Shown here one piece after another: positions 28,649 through 38,041 of a DNA stretch of 64,000 bases; the stretch's first letter is position 1, and each line of letters starts with the position of its first letter. The notes under the pieces were generated by a model, which worked only from the letters and a program-made list of their open reading frames with translations, was not told the origin of the DNA and did no database searches. Made by a program: the position numbers and the translations under genes. Origin of the DNA: Vicinamibacterales bacterium (lineage in GTDB: Bacteria; Acidobacteriota; Vicinamibacteria; Vicinamibacterales; UBA8438); the NCBI GenBank assembly GCA_965207615.1, contig CBDBMZ010000003.1, positions 1,069,855 to 1,133,854 on the forward strand, read 5' to 3'.

Positions 28649-29611
28649 TCACGCGGCCGGGCCCGACCTCAGCCACCGGCGGACGACCCGGTTCCACCAC
28701 ATGACCGCGCCGGTCACGAAGAGGGCGGGCGGCACGAGCCCGACGAGGGCCCAGATCGCCTTGGTGGTCGAGTTGCAGAGATCTCCGCAGCCGGGGATGC
28801 CGCGTCCGCCGAGCCGGCCGAAGTGCAGGTAGGCGAGCCAGTACATGACCCGGTCGCCGAAGCGCTCGACCGGGTCGGTCGGGTCGAACGGCTCCAGGTA
28901 GTCGACGACGGCCATGAACGCGGCGGGGAACGACAGGTAGGCCCCGGTGACCGCCCACATCATCAGGAACGGCCAGCACCAGAAGCCGAACGCGCTGTGG
29001 AGGCTCCAGTTGAGCCGCCGCCGGTCGACGACGAGACTGCGCCGCCAGCGCTGGGCGCCGGGCCACCAGATCACGGCGCCGGTCAGGGACATCGCGAGCA
29101 GGAAGAGCGCGCCGATGCCGTTCACCCGCCGCCCCGTCTCTCCGGCCAGGAGGTTGTCGTGCAGGTCCAGCACCCAGGCGGATACGCGGTAGCCCAGGGG
29201 CAGGGGGTCTCCCAGGTCCTCTCCCGTGAACGGATCGAAGAGCCGCCGTATGCGGTCGCCGTCGCGCGTCAGGGTGATCTCGACGGCATGGTTGGGGGTC
29301 TCGCCCGGCCGGACGTCCGCCACCTCGAAGCCGGGCCAGGCCTGCCGGGCGACGCGCTCCAGGGTGTCGTCGCCCAGTGACGCGCCCGCGCCGTCCACGA
29401 CGACGGGCTGCGGCGAGAAGTGCCTGTACAGCTCGTTCCGATAGACCAGCACGCTGCCGGTCGCGGAGATGACGAAGATGTAGAGCCCGAGGCCGACGCC
29501 GGTCCACAGGTGGACCTGGAAGATCGCCTTGCGCAGCCCGACGCCCTGAGGCGCCCCCGCCCATCGCGACCACCAGCCGCTGTTCGTGCTTTGATCGTCG
29601 GTCGCGGCCAT
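28649..29611 (-). CDS. PepSY-associated TM helix protein (PiuB-like)
   Basis: The arrangement is typical: RKAIFQVHLWTGVGLGLY at the N-terminus, a PepSY-like loop domain, WVLDLHDNLL, and C-terminal TM helices. Confidence 0.7.
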   Translation of the reverse strand: MAATDDQSTNSGWWSRWAGAPQGVGLRKAIFQVHLWTGVGLGLYIFVISATGSVLVYRNELYRHFSPQPVVVDGAGASLGDDTLERVARQAWPGFEVADVRPGETPNHAVEITLTRDGDRIRRLFDPFTGEDLGDPLPLGYRVSAWVLDLHDNLLAGETGRRVNGIGALFLLAMSLTGAVIWWPGAQRWRRSLVVDRRRLNWSLHSAFGFWCWPFLMMWAVTGAYLSFPAAFMAVVDYLEPFDPTDPVERFGDRVMYWLAYLHFGRLGGRGIPGCGDLCNSTTKAIWALVGLVPPALFVTGAVMWWNRVVRRWLRSGPAA

Positions 29612-29799
29612 GGCTCGGTCCCGGTCCGTCGGTCAGGGCAGTGCTCGATTCAGGGTTTGCCAACCGAGCCCGAAGAGCACCCCGATTGCACGCCCGACAC
29701 GTCGCAAGGCGATTCCAGTCAGCTTCCTTGCGCGTTCCGCGCTTGGGCCGGAGCCGTGGGGACCGGCTCCGTCGGCAGCGTGGCGCGCGCCCCCCCGCC

Positions 29800-30426
29800 T
29801 CAGCGGCCGTCGTCCTGCGGCAACCCCCGGAAGCCGGGAGGAAGCTGGGCGCCGAGCGCGTTCTGGAACATCGCCAACTGCGTGTAGTTGCCGACGATCA
29901 GCACGACCTCGCGGAGCTCCGCGTCCGTGTAGCGGGCCGCGAGCGCCTCCCACGTCGGTTCGGAGATGAACCGGCTGACGTGGAGCTCGTCCGCCGCCCG
30001 CAGGAGGGCACGTTCGAAGCCGTCCCATCCCGGGGCGTCCGGACCCGCCGTCACCCGCCCGATCTCCTCCGCCGTCAACCCCGCTTCCTTCCCGATGACG
30101 TCGTGGCGTCCCCAGATGTAGTCGCCGCGCGACAGCCAGGCGGTGCGCAGGATGAGGAGCTCCCGGTGGCGCGCGGGGATCGTCGCGTTCCGGACGAAGT
30201 GCCCGGTGTACTCCCAGTACTTCCGGCACGTCTCGGTGACGTCGGGACAGAGCTCCCGCATCGGGCCCTCCCCCGCGTCCGGGGGCAGCGCGATGCGCGG
30301 GGCGTCGAGGTGCTCGAACGGCGCCACCCGACTTGCTTCCGGCTCCTGCGCCGCAACCGCGGCCCCGCCGACGACGAGCGTTCCGAAGACGAGGACCACG
30401 CCGGCCGCCATGCCTGTTTCCCGCAT
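29800..30426 (-). CDS. carboxymuconolactone decarboxylase (AhpD-like) family protein with signal peptide
   Basis: GGGAGG precedes the ATG at 30426. The sequence RHRELLILRTAWLSRGDYIWGRH and the helical CMD-like C-terminus support the call. Confidence 0.7.
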   Translation of the reverse strand: MRETGMAAGVVLVFGTLVVGGAAVAAQEPEASRVAPFEHLDAPRIALPPDAGEGPMRELCPDVTETCRKYWEYTGHFVRNATIPARHRELLILRTAWLSRGDYIWGRHDVIGKEAGLTAEEIGRVTAGPDAPGWDGFERALLRAADELHVSRFISEPTWEALAARYTDAELREVVLIVGNYTQLAMFQNALGAQLPPGFRGLPQDDGR

Positions 30427-30582
30427 CTGACACCTCCCTGGTGACGCCGACCCTGCCCCGGACCGACGGTCGGCCAGCTTGCGCTCGCGCAAATCGGCGC
30501 GCCGTCGGAACGCCAATCCCGCCGGCAAACGACGACCTGGCATTCTACCGCCTGCCGGCCGGCGGAAGGCGTCGCGGGGCCG

Positions 30583-31320
30583 CTAGCAGGCGGCGAGGCC
30601 GACGGCCCGGGGACGCCGGGACAGGCTCGCCGGCCCCGCCTGCGCCGGCGCGTCGCAGTCGCTCACGAACTCCTCGAGCGTGCCCAGCCACGCCTGGAAG
30701 TCGGCGTCCGCCGGCGCGCACAACCCGGCGTTGTCCTCTATCCGCAGCCGCCTGAGGTTCGGCAGGTTCATCAGGCTCCGCGGCAGCTCGCCGGTCAGCC
30801 GGTTCTGATGGAGCCTCAACTCGACGAGGTTCCCGAGGTTCGTCAACTGGTCCGGCACCGGGCCGCTCAGCGCGTTGTTGGAGAGGCGCAGTATCTCCAG
30901 GCTGGTCATGCTCCCCAGCGTGGCCGGGATCCCCCCGGCCAGGAAATTGTTGGAAAGGCGCAGGTCCGTGGCGCTCGTCAGCCGGCCCAGTTCGGGCGCG
31001 ATCGTCCCCCTCAGGTTGTTGCCGTCGGGACCGCACAGATCGAGCTTGCTGACGCGGTCGTTGGCGGTCTCCACCCCGTACCAGGTTCCGAGCGGTTCCT
31101 CGCTGAGCCAGTTGGTGGTGTCGGTCCAGTCGGGACCGCCCGCCGCATGGTACTGGGCCACGAGCGCGTCGCGTTCGGCCGTGGCAGGAGCGACGAGCCC
31201 GCTCGGTCCCGTCGGCAACCCGGCATCCTCCCCGCAGGCCGACATCGACGCCGCCAGGGCGCCGAGCACCGCGGTCGCGACGGCCCGCGCGCGCACGCGA
31301 CCAAACGTGGAGAGCGTCAT
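30583..31320 (-). CDS. lipoprotein with plant-specific-type leucine-rich repeats
   Basis: GGAGGAGG precedes the ATG at 31320, and a lipobox (SMSAC) is present. An N-cap-like WTDTTNWLSEEPLGTWYGVET is followed by four 24-residue repeats, LxGxIPxxLGxLxxLxxLxLxxNx. The C-terminus carries NAGLCAP. Confidence 0.75.
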   Translation of the reverse strand: MTLSTFGRVRARAVATAVLGALAASMSACGEDAGLPTGPSGLVAPATAERDALVAQYHAAGGPDWTDTTNWLSEEPLGTWYGVETANDRVSKLDLCGPDGNNLRGTIAPELGRLTSATDLRLSNNFLAGGIPATLGSMTSLEILRLSNNALSGPVPDQLTNLGNLVELRLHQNRLTGELPRSLMNLPNLRRLRIEDNAGLCAPADADFQAWLGTLEEFVSDCDAPAQAGPASLSRRPRAVGLAAC

Positions 31321-31464
31321 CGGGATCCTCCTCCGCCTCGACTGCGCAAGTCGATCGCAAGAGTCTACCAGCAGTGCCGACGCGGCCAGGAGCCCGTGGC
31401 GAATCCCCGGCTGCCTTCGAGTGGCGATGCATCTCGACGCGACGCGGGGTTTCACTACGGACTC

Positions 31465-34400
31465 CTACACCCTCTGTGCGGCCGCAAGGCGCTCGAACCA
31501 GAGCCACGCGACGCTGCAAACGAGGGCGGCGCCAAGAACCGCTCCCGGCAGGGCGCCGCCGTACGCCTGATCGAGGCCGCGGTCGAGCACGCCGGGAACG
31601 GTCATCGCGGCGGCGGCAAGCACCGCCAGGGCCGGTCGGTCACGGAGGATCCGCACGTAGGCCGCCAGCAGCAGCCCCCCGGCGAGGAGGCCCACGAACG
31701 CCCACGACGCAAGGTCGTCCGGCCTGGTGCCCGGCGCCAGCACCGCCCCCGCGAGGACCAGCGCCGCCCCCACCTCCGCCTTCCGGCGCGTCCAGTGCGC
31801 GGTGAGCCGGTTCGCGAGAGTGACCACCAGCATGGTCATCAGCGCGAGGACGAGATAGGTCTGCAGCGGCGCAACAACCGCGGCGAGCCAGGGAAAGATG
31901 GACGATGCCGGGTCATGCGCCGTCCAGGGCGGCAGGCCGCGGGCGGGCACGGCCTCGGCGACGGCGAGCGCACCGAGGACCCCCAGGCCGAGGGCCAGCC
32001 CCGTCACGACCGCGGACCGCCGGTCTTCCACCGTGCTCTCCTCCGCCGTCATCGGCCGGGCTCCCGCGAGCAATCCGAACAGGAGGGCGGTCACGCCCGC
32101 CCCGATCAGGCCGCCCACGAGCAGGATGCCGACCTGCAGCGGAAGCGGCTGCGCCGTGGACAGGCCGTGCATCAGCACCGGCCAGTCGTTCGCGAGGTCG
32201 ACGAAGGCGACCAGCAGCGAGAGCCCCGCGATGGCGAGGCCCAGCCGCAGGTCGAACGCCTTGCGGGTCATCCGCACCACCGCGAGCACCGCGCCCGCCA
32301 CCAGCAGCAGCCCGAGGACGATGGTCGAGGCGACGCCGCCGATCTGCAGGGTCGCCCGTCGCTGATCGTCCGCGCGGCGCCACGCCTCGGGCAGGAAGAG
32401 GTAGAAGCCCGTGTCGACGACCTCGTCGCCGGCAATCTCCACCGCCACTCGTGCCTCCCCTCCCGCGAGGTCGGGAACCGCCTCGTCGCGGAAGGTGAAG
32501 GTCCAGTCCGTGCGGGCCGGGCGGCTGGCCGACTCGGCCGAGACCTCGGGCAGGTCGGGCGCGCGGCCCCGACGGGCCAGCGCTTCGCGGGCCAGCGCCC
32601 GCGCGTCCTCCTCGGACAGCGCGACGCCCGGGGTCCCCTCCGCGAGCCGGTGCTCCCGCCGCCCCGGCGTCCCGTCCGAGGCGATCCACACGATGTGCTC
32701 CTCGGCCCGCTCCGCCACGTCGCCCTCGAAACGGGCGTAGCGCACGCGCCAGCGCGGGGCGGCCAGGTAGTCGCCGAGCAGCGCGCGGTGGACGTCCTCG
32801 CCCGCCTCGCTCCAGACGAAGCGGTGCTGCGGTCCGAGGCCGCCGAACACCCGACTCGTCTCCGTCCACGCCCCGGGGTCGATGCCCCGGCCGGCGAGCA
32901 CGCCGCGGGCCGCCGCCACCGCCTCGGCCCGGCCCACCGCGAGGCCCGGGGATTCGCTCGGCGTGACCGCCGTGTACGTCCAGAGCCCGAGCCCCAGAAC
33001 GCCGACCCCGGCAACCGCCGGCAATGCCGGCAGCGCGGCCGCCGTCCGTGCCGGCGCGGGCGGCGTCTCGGCGGGCGACTCTTCCGCCGGCGGGGTCCAG
33101 GCCCCGTTGCGCAGCCCCGCCGGCGCCTCGGTCCACGCCCCGCCCCGGTAGCGGGCGCGGAGGGTCACCCAGAGGGGCACGAGGAAGAGCAACCCGAAGA
33201 TTCCCTGGTCGATCCACGCGCCCGGCGCAGAGGACAGGAACAGCGGAATCCCGAACAGTACCGAATTGAACGCGAAGTGCAGGATGATGGCCGGCAGCAG
33301 GCCGAAGCGCAGGTAGAGCAGCCCAAAGATGGTCGACGGCACGATCAGCTCGACCACCCGCGCGTAGGAGGGCTGCGCGGGATAGGCGGCGTGGCCGGCC
33401 CCGAAGACGAGGATCTGCAGGACGAACGCCCCCGCGATCCAGGCTCGCCGGTTGCCGAACCGCTCCCCGATGAGGGCGGCGCCGGCCAGGGGCACGGCGC
33501 GGAAGAGGCACTCCTCCCAGAAGCCGGCCTGCAGCGAGGCGGCAAGCGGGGTGAGCCACGGCAGCACCGAGGCCAGCGAGTCGGGGTTGACGAGGGCGTC
33601 GGACGGCGACCACCAGCCCAGGTAGCCGACAGTGACCCAGTAGAAACCGACGACGAACGCGAGGTCGATGCCGACGATCAGGTAGCCGGCCACGGTCTGC
33701 CCCAGGACCGACCACGACCGCGCGCCCTCCCGGGACCAGCAGCGCCAGAACTGCAGGTGGTGCGGGAACGCCTGCCGCGACAGGCTCTCGGCGGCCATGA
33801 ACGAGAGCGTGTGGATGCCGGCGAACACCAGGAACAGGGCGACCTGCGCCGTCACCTGCTGGATCGCGAAGGCGGTCTCCGAGACCGCGGTGTCGTAGGC
33901 CATCCACAGCAGGGGCCACTGGTTGAGGCCCGCGAGAAGCTGCGCGAAGGCGATGGAGACGCCCCAGACGAGCGGCATGCGCCACAGCACGCGCCGCTGC
34001 CGCAGCAGGACGAAGAGCCCCACCGCGATGCCGCCGCCGTAGACGAGCAGCATGGCGAAGTTGCCGGCGATGGTGATGCCCTCGTTGGCCGAGCGCATCT
34101 CCTCGTAGCGCCGGTCGAAGGCCTCGGGCACCTGGAGGACGTGCGTCAGCTCCGTGAGCCGGTCGCCGCTGACGACGAGGCGCAGCCGGAACCGCCCCTC
34201 CCCCGCCTGCGCACCGGTCCGTTCGTAGACGAACGTGTGGTCGATGCGGCCGCCCTGACGCTCGGTCTGGGACGCCTCGACGGGGGCGTAGCCGTCGAGC
34301 GCGACGTTCCAGGGCTCGCCGGTACCGGCCTCGGCCACAGCCCGGGCCGCGTCGGCGTCGAGCGCCGCGCCCCCGGCGTCTTCCGCCAGCGTCTCACGGA

Positions 34401-34782
34401 AGCCGTAGGGCGCCCCGTCGGGGCGGAAGCGCACTTCGGTCTCGCGCACCTCGCCGCCGCGGAAATGCCGGACGACCCACTGGTAGGGGTGGAACGGGCC
34501 GTCGCGCAGCAGTCCCGCGAAGGCTTCGGGGCCGCCCCCCTCCAGCTCGACGAAGCTGCGGGCGCGGTCGTCGACCCGGAAGCTGGCGGCCTGCCGGTAG
34601 TCGGACGGCCCCCATCCGAGCTCGCCGGCGAGCCGTCGGGCCTCGGACAGAGCCGCCGTCCGATCCATCTCCAGATCGAGCTCGACGATGGAGAACGCGC
34701 GAGGGAAGTTGACGACCGCGAACGCGCCGCACGCCACGGAGACGGCGGCGAACGCCGCCCAGAAGATCGGCTTCCGGAACAT
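31465..34782 (-). CDS. very large CPBP-family (CAAX/Abi) intramembrane glutamic endopeptidase with duplicated [periplasmic domain + TM bundle] architecture
   Basis: GGAGG precedes the ATG at 34782. The CPBP motifs are FWEECLFRAVP, FGAGHAAY and ILHFAFN. The protein is 1105 aa and has two soluble PepSY-like regions. Confidence 0.75.
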   Translation of the reverse strand: MFRKPIFWAAFAAVSVACGAFAVVNFPRAFSIVELDLEMDRTAALSEARRLAGELGWGPSDYRQAASFRVDDRARSFVELEGGGPEAFAGLLRDGPFHPYQWVVRHFRGGEVRETEVRFRPDGAPYGFRETLAEDAGGAALDADAARAVAEAGTGEPWNVALDGYAPVEASQTERQGGRIDHTFVYERTGAQAGEGRFRLRLVVSGDRLTELTHVLQVPEAFDRRYEEMRSANEGITIAGNFAMLLVYGGGIAVGLFVLLRQRRVLWRMPLVWGVSIAFAQLLAGLNQWPLLWMAYDTAVSETAFAIQQVTAQVALFLVFAGIHTLSFMAAESLSRQAFPHHLQFWRCWSREGARSWSVLGQTVAGYLIVGIDLAFVVGFYWVTVGYLGWWSPSDALVNPDSLASVLPWLTPLAASLQAGFWEECLFRAVPLAGAALIGERFGNRRAWIAGAFVLQILVFGAGHAAYPAQPSYARVVELIVPSTIFGLLYLRFGLLPAIILHFAFNSVLFGIPLFLSSAPGAWIDQGIFGLLFLVPLWVTLRARYRGGAWTEAPAGLRNGAWTPPAEESPAETPPAPARTAAALPALPAVAGVGVLGLGLWTYTAVTPSESPGLAVGRAEAVAAARGVLAGRGIDPGAWTETSRVFGGLGPQHRFVWSEAGEDVHRALLGDYLAAPRWRVRYARFEGDVAERAEEHIVWIASDGTPGRREHRLAEGTPGVALSEEDARALAREALARRGRAPDLPEVSAESASRPARTDWTFTFRDEAVPDLAGGEARVAVEIAGDEVVDTGFYLFLPEAWRRADDQRRATLQIGGVASTIVLGLLLVAGAVLAVVRMTRKAFDLRLGLAIAGLSLLVAFVDLANDWPVLMHGLSTAQPLPLQVGILLVGGLIGAGVTALLFGLLAGARPMTAEESTVEDRRSAVVTGLALGLGVLGALAVAEAVPARGLPPWTAHDPASSIFPWLAAVVAPLQTYLVLALMTMLVVTLANRLTAHWTRRKAEVGAALVLAGAVLAPGTRPDDLASWAFVGLLAGGLLLAAYVRILRDRPALAVLAAAAMTVPGVLDRGLDQAYGGALPGAVLGAALVCSVAWLWFERLAAAQRV

Positions 34783-34890
34783 GGGTGGACCTCCTGCCGG
34801 GTCAGGACCGTGATCGCTATGGACTGCCGACCGCCCCCCGACGCCCCTCTATCCCGAGTTGCGCTCGGCCACACGGCAACGTGAGACCCG

Positions 34891-36120
34891 TCACGGCTCT
34901 TGCCGTCGGCTGCCGTCGCCCGCCCTTCTGCGCAGGCGGCGCGCGACCTCGTACATTCTGTACGTAACCCGTGACAGCGTCGAGCCGAGATAGTCGGCAC
35001 TGAGGAACCCACCGGCGGCGGGAAGGAACTCTCCCGCGTCGAGATCCTCGACCGCGGCGACCGTCCGTTCCAGCCCCGACCTCACGAGGTCGTAGAGCCG
35101 CCGGTCGTCGAGGTCGAGCCCGCCGCCCCCCAGCATGACCGGCACGAGCACGCCGAGCATGTTCTGGCGGTAGGCGCGCCAGCAGTCGTCGAACGTGAAG
35201 CCCTCGGCGCCGACACGGCACACGATGTCGTGGTACTCCTCGAGCGCCTCGCGCTCGATGCGGCGGCGATCGTCGGTGGCGACGTTGGCCCCCAGGAAGT
35301 AGGCCACGTCGTAGAGGCCGGCGCCCAGCCCGCAGCCCTGCCAGTCGACCACCGCGAACTCGCCGTCGGCGCCGGCGCCGGCGCCGAAGAGCATGTTCTC
35401 GCCCCGGTAGTCGCCGTGGACGAAGGTCCGGGGCCCCGCCGCCACCGCCGCGAAGTGGGCCGCGACCCTGGGTCCCAGCGCCTCGGCGAGCCCGCGCGTC
35501 CCGGCCGAGAAGCACTCGCCGAAGCGGTCGAGCACCACCGGCAGGCAGACCAGGTAGGCGGCCTGCAGCAGGCGGCCGTAGCGGGGGCCGAGGACATCGG
35601 GGCAACCCGACAGGGAAGGGTGCTCGACCCTGCCCCAGAAATGTCCGTGCAGCCGGGCGATCTCACGCACGGCGCGCCTCGCCCGCTCCGCCTCGACGCC
35701 GGTGCGGGCGGGAACCTCCAGGTCGCGCAGATCCTCGAGCACAAGGACGAACCGGTGCGTGCCCTCGTCGAAGTCGGCGTACAGCAGCGCCGGGGACCGG
35801 ATGGGGGCCTGCCGCGCGAGGCGGCGATAGAACAGGCACTCGCGCTCGTGCATCGCCAGCCAGCGGGCGAACCGGAACGCCGTGGGGTTGGCGGTGGGCA
35901 GCTTGACGATGACGCTTGCCGGCGCCGCGGCGGGGCCGCCGGCGGTGGTCAGATGACAGCGCAGCAGCGTGCCGAACGCGTTGGTCGCCGAGCCGAGGTC
36001 CTCGACCGAGAGGCCCCCGATCGTCGGGAAGCCGGATGCGCCGCCGGCGGACAGCGCCTGCCGCATCCAGTCCGCGGTAATCTCGTCCGCGCCGTGGCAG
36101 AGGGGCGGACGGGTCGCCAT
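34891..36120 (-). CDS. phosphotransferase (aminoglycoside phosphotransferase / ecdysteroid kinase-like family)
   Basis: The catalytic loop VHGDYRGENMLF and VVDWQG are present. GGGAGG lies upstream of the ATG. Confidence 0.7.
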   Translation of the reverse strand: MATRPPLCHGADEITADWMRQALSAGGASGFPTIGGLSVEDLGSATNAFGTLLRCHLTTAGGPAAAPASVIVKLPTANPTAFRFARWLAMHERECLFYRRLARQAPIRSPALLYADFDEGTHRFVLVLEDLRDLEVPARTGVEAERARRAVREIARLHGHFWGRVEHPSLSGCPDVLGPRYGRLLQAAYLVCLPVVLDRFGECFSAGTRGLAEALGPRVAAHFAAVAAGPRTFVHGDYRGENMLFGAGAGADGEFAVVDWQGCGLGAGLYDVAYFLGANVATDDRRRIEREALEEYHDIVCRVGAEGFTFDDCWRAYRQNMLGVLVPVMLGGGGLDLDDRRLYDLVRSGLERTVAAVEDLDAGEFLPAAGGFLSADYLGSTLSRVTYRMYEVARRLRRRAGDGSRRQEP

Positions 36121-36415
36121 GTCGAAACCTCCCGCGCGGGGTCATCGCGCGACCGCCGTTCCCGCCGCGGCGGGACGCCTCCAACCGGCCTGGCGAAGCG
36201 TGTTTCAAGGCGGGCCGAGGAGGGTCGCGACAGGGATGTCGACAGCGACATAGTTATCACAGATCCGTTGCCGATACGTGTCGCGCGGCTCGCGCGCGTC
36301 GTCCCGCCGACACCGGACCCCGCGGCGCCACGGGCCATGATGGGGCGTGCCATAATGGCCTGTCCGCGCCCGGGGCCCATGGCTCGGGGTGCCACACACC
36401 AGTAGAGGCATCACC

Positions 36416-37471
36416 ATGCAGCACCCAGGACCGCTCACCGCCCTGTCGAGCGCGGCCCTCGCCGCCGCCATGCTCGTCGCCCTGCCGCCGGCCGGGCTCG
36501 CCCAGGAACCGGCGTCGGACAGCCTCGACATCTACTGGATCGACGTCGAGGGCGGCGCCGCGACCCTCGTGGTGACCCCCGCCCGCGAATCCGTGCTGAT
36601 GGATACCGGCTGGCCGCGGCCCGACGCGCGCGACGCGTTGCGCATTCAGGCGGCCATGGACGACGCGGGCATCGACCGCATCGACTACATGCTCTTCTCT
36701 CACTTCCACGGCGACCACGTGGGCGGCCTGCCCGCGCTCGCCGAGCGGGTCGCGATCGGCCAGGTCGTCGACCACGGCGACAGCGTCGAGCTCGACCGGC
36801 CGCGCGGCCGGGCCCTGTGGGACGAGTACATCGGCCTCGCCGCCGACCGGCGCCGCTCGGTCGCCCCCGGCGACAAGCTGCCCCTCGAGCGCATCGAGCT
36901 GACGTTCGTGGCGTCGCACCGCGAGCTCGTCGACACCCTCGAGCCGCAGATGCCCAACCCGCTCTGCGACGGCGTCACGCCCCCCGACCCGGACATGGGC
37001 GAGAACGGGCACAGCCTGGGCTACCTGCTGTCGCTCGGGGCGTTCCAGTTCCTGAACCTCGGCGACCTGACTCCCGACCGCGAGCACGCGCTCGCGTGCC
37101 CCGAGAACCGGCTGGGGGTCGTCGACCTGTGGCAGGTGCCCCACCACGGCGGCTACGGGGCGATCCGCCCCGAGCTCGCGGCGGTGCTCCAGCCCACCGT
37201 GGCGGTCGTCAACAACGGCCCGCGCAAGGGGGGGACGCCGGAATCGCTGGCGGTGATTCAGAGCACGGCCGAAGTCGGCGACGTCTGGCAGTCGCACCGG
37301 ACGCTGACCGACGACGCCGCCAACAACACCGCCGAGGCCCTCATCGCCAACCTGACGGAGGAGGACGACTGCGAGGGGCACTGGATCAAGGCGACGGTGG
37401 CCCCCGACGGCCGGAGCTGGTCGATGACCAACGGCCGGACGGGCTACAGCCGCACCTATCGGTCCCGCTAG
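36416..37471 (+). CDS. secreted MBL-fold metallo-hydrolase (ComEC/Rec2 lactamase-like domain)
   Basis: A signal peptide is followed by the SHFHGDHVGG motif and a later VPHHG. The start is taken at MQHPGP. Confidence 0.75.
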   Translation: MQHPGPLTALSSAALAAAMLVALPPAGLAQEPASDSLDIYWIDVEGGAATLVVTPARESVLMDTGWPRPDARDALRIQAAMDDAGIDRIDYMLFSHFHGDHVGGLPALAERVAIGQVVDHGDSVELDRPRGRALWDEYIGLAADRRRSVAPGDKLPLERIELTFVASHRELVDTLEPQMPNPLCDGVTPPDPDMGENGHSLGYLLSLGAFQFLNLGDLTPDREHALACPENRLGVVDLWQVPHHGGYGAIRPELAAVLQPTVAVVNNGPRKGGTPESLAVIQSTAEVGDVWQSHRTLTDDAANNTAEALIANLTEEDDCEGHWIKATVAPDGRSWSMTNGRTGYSRTYRSR

Positions 37472-37625
37472 CCCGCCCACCGTTGCCCGCGGCTCAGCCG
37501 AGCGCCAACCAACGCCGCCAGGAGTCCGCCATTCTACGGCGCCGACTCCTGGCCCGCCCACGTCGCCTGCGGCTCCGCCGGGCGCCCAACCAACTCCGCC
37601 AAGAGTCGTTCCGCGGAGTCGGGAG
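37470..37625 (+). repeat. intergenic repeat family, 2 units with an 81-bp period
   Basis: GCCCGCCCAC recurs at 37471 and 37552. The first unit has an intact AGGAGTC...GACTCCT hairpin and the second is decayed. The array begins on the TAG of the MBL gene. Confidence 0.85.
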
Positions 37626-37656
37626 GGATCGGGCTCGCGGACGCCGTGGCCGATTG

Positions 37657-37665
37657 TGTTATGTT
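37657..37665 (+). promoter_or_regulatory. extended -10 box (TGtTATGTT) 6 nt upstream of the ATG at 37672; candidate leaderless promoter
   Basis: The sequence reads TTGTGTTATGTTCGACAC-ATG. The geometry matches 23807-23815. Confidence 0.45.
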
Positions 37666-37671
37666 CGACAC

Positions 37672-38022
37672 ATGAACACCGACACGAAGGCAGTCATCGG
37701 GACCATCGTCGGAACGGGACTGGCGATCGCCGGCCTGCTCGTGACCCAGATTGCCGGCGTGAACACCCGCATCGACGACGTGAACATCCGCATCGGCGAC
37801 CAGAACACGCGATTCGACGCTCGCTTCGACGACGTCGACACGCGATTCGACGACGTCAACACGCGATTCGACGACGTCAACGCGCGATTCGAACGCATGG
37901 AGTCCCGCCTCGACGGCCTGGACGAACGGTTGCGCAGCGTCGAGGTCGCGCTGGCGAGGGTCGCCCAGCGCCTCCTGACCATCGAGCGCGTGGTGCTCCC
38001 CGGACCGGAGCCCGGCCGGTAG
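37672..38022 (+). CDS. membrane-anchored coiled-coil protein with tandem heptad (21-bp) repeats, hypothetical
   Basis: An N-terminal TM helix (AVIGTIVGTGLAIAGLLVTQIAG) is followed by NTRIDDV NIRIGDQ NTRFDAR FDDVDTRFDDVNTRFDDVNARFERMESRLDGLDERL. It is the C-terminal 116 aa of ORF 36817..38022. Confidence 0.6.
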   Translation: MNTDTKAVIGTIVGTGLAIAGLLVTQIAGVNTRIDDVNIRIGDQNTRFDARFDDVDTRFDDVNTRFDDVNARFERMESRLDGLDERLRSVEVALARVAQRLLTIERVVLPGPEPGR

Positions 38023-38041
38023 CGTCACGTACCGGCAACCG

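Noticed and set aside
28569-37471. A genomic island integrated at tRNA-Lys (accessory-looking envelope genes directly downstream).
   Set aside because: No integrase or recombinase is present. I could not find a direct repeat of the tRNA 3' end downstream, and codon usage looks like the rest of the window. The idea remains possible but is unsupported.
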